This document shows, one piece after another, positions 63,916 through 64,000 of a DNA stretch of 64,000 bases. Source of the stretch: a virus; IMG/VR virus record IMGVR_UViG_3300014720_000016. One strand, written 5' to 3'. A model generated the notes under the pieces. That model had not been told where the DNA came from. It saw only the letters and a list, made by a program, of their open reading frames with translations, and did no database searches. The translations under genes were made by a program, and so were the position numbers. How positions within the stretch are numbered: position 1 is the stretch's first letter; each line of letters starts with the position of its first letter.

Positions 63916-64000
63916 GACACGCAGCGTACCAATAGTATCCACTACATGCACGCGCAGTACACTGCCGTCTTGCCAAAAAAGCATCGCCGATATGTTATCA

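Noticed and set aside
1-64000. TAG or TGA stop-codon reassignment
   Set aside because: Conserved enzymes are full length under the standard code and many coupled genes end in TAG or TGA; only the deaminase has a suspicious TAG.

Overview
This 64 kb window reads as the early/accessory region of a large (probably jumbo) tailed-phage genome. It has about 150 short, tightly packed, often ATGA/GTGA-coupled genes, nearly all on the minus strand. There are no rRNA or housekeeping operons and no structural or replication module. Host-like genes are scattered through it: trigger factor, ClpS, IscA, Orn-like exonuclease, TrmH, RNA ligase, Nudix, DHH, HhH glycosylase, M15B/M16/M41-like peptidases and two MoxR-vWA pairs. 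A Cys/Asp-repeat vWA lipoprotein hints at a myxobacterial/deltaproteobacterial host (inference). Three patterns stand out. (1) A 32-bp GC-rich element (minus strand GGGNCGGGCC-TAAA-N13-GATCC) occurs in 16 full copies plus 1 degenerate copy, with invariant spacing and orientation, each at the head of a gene block. It is most likely a phage-specific promoter and possibly a cassette boundary. (2) About 30 highly diverged 85-115 aa paralogues share MKLxx[WY]x[IM]xxA...DW..A......HFG and a later [YF]xWxxxxGF motif, including a 9-gene tandem array. About 23 further, apparently unrelated ORFs also start MK[LI], suggesting a shared N-terminal tag. (3) An 80-nt tRNA-Arg(UCU)-like gene lacks a D-arm and carries a D-loop-like sequence 3' of the anticodon arm. 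An inverted (+ strand) four-gene glycosyltransferase island and two frameshifted genes are also present. Product calls come from recognising motifs by eye; no database searches were run.
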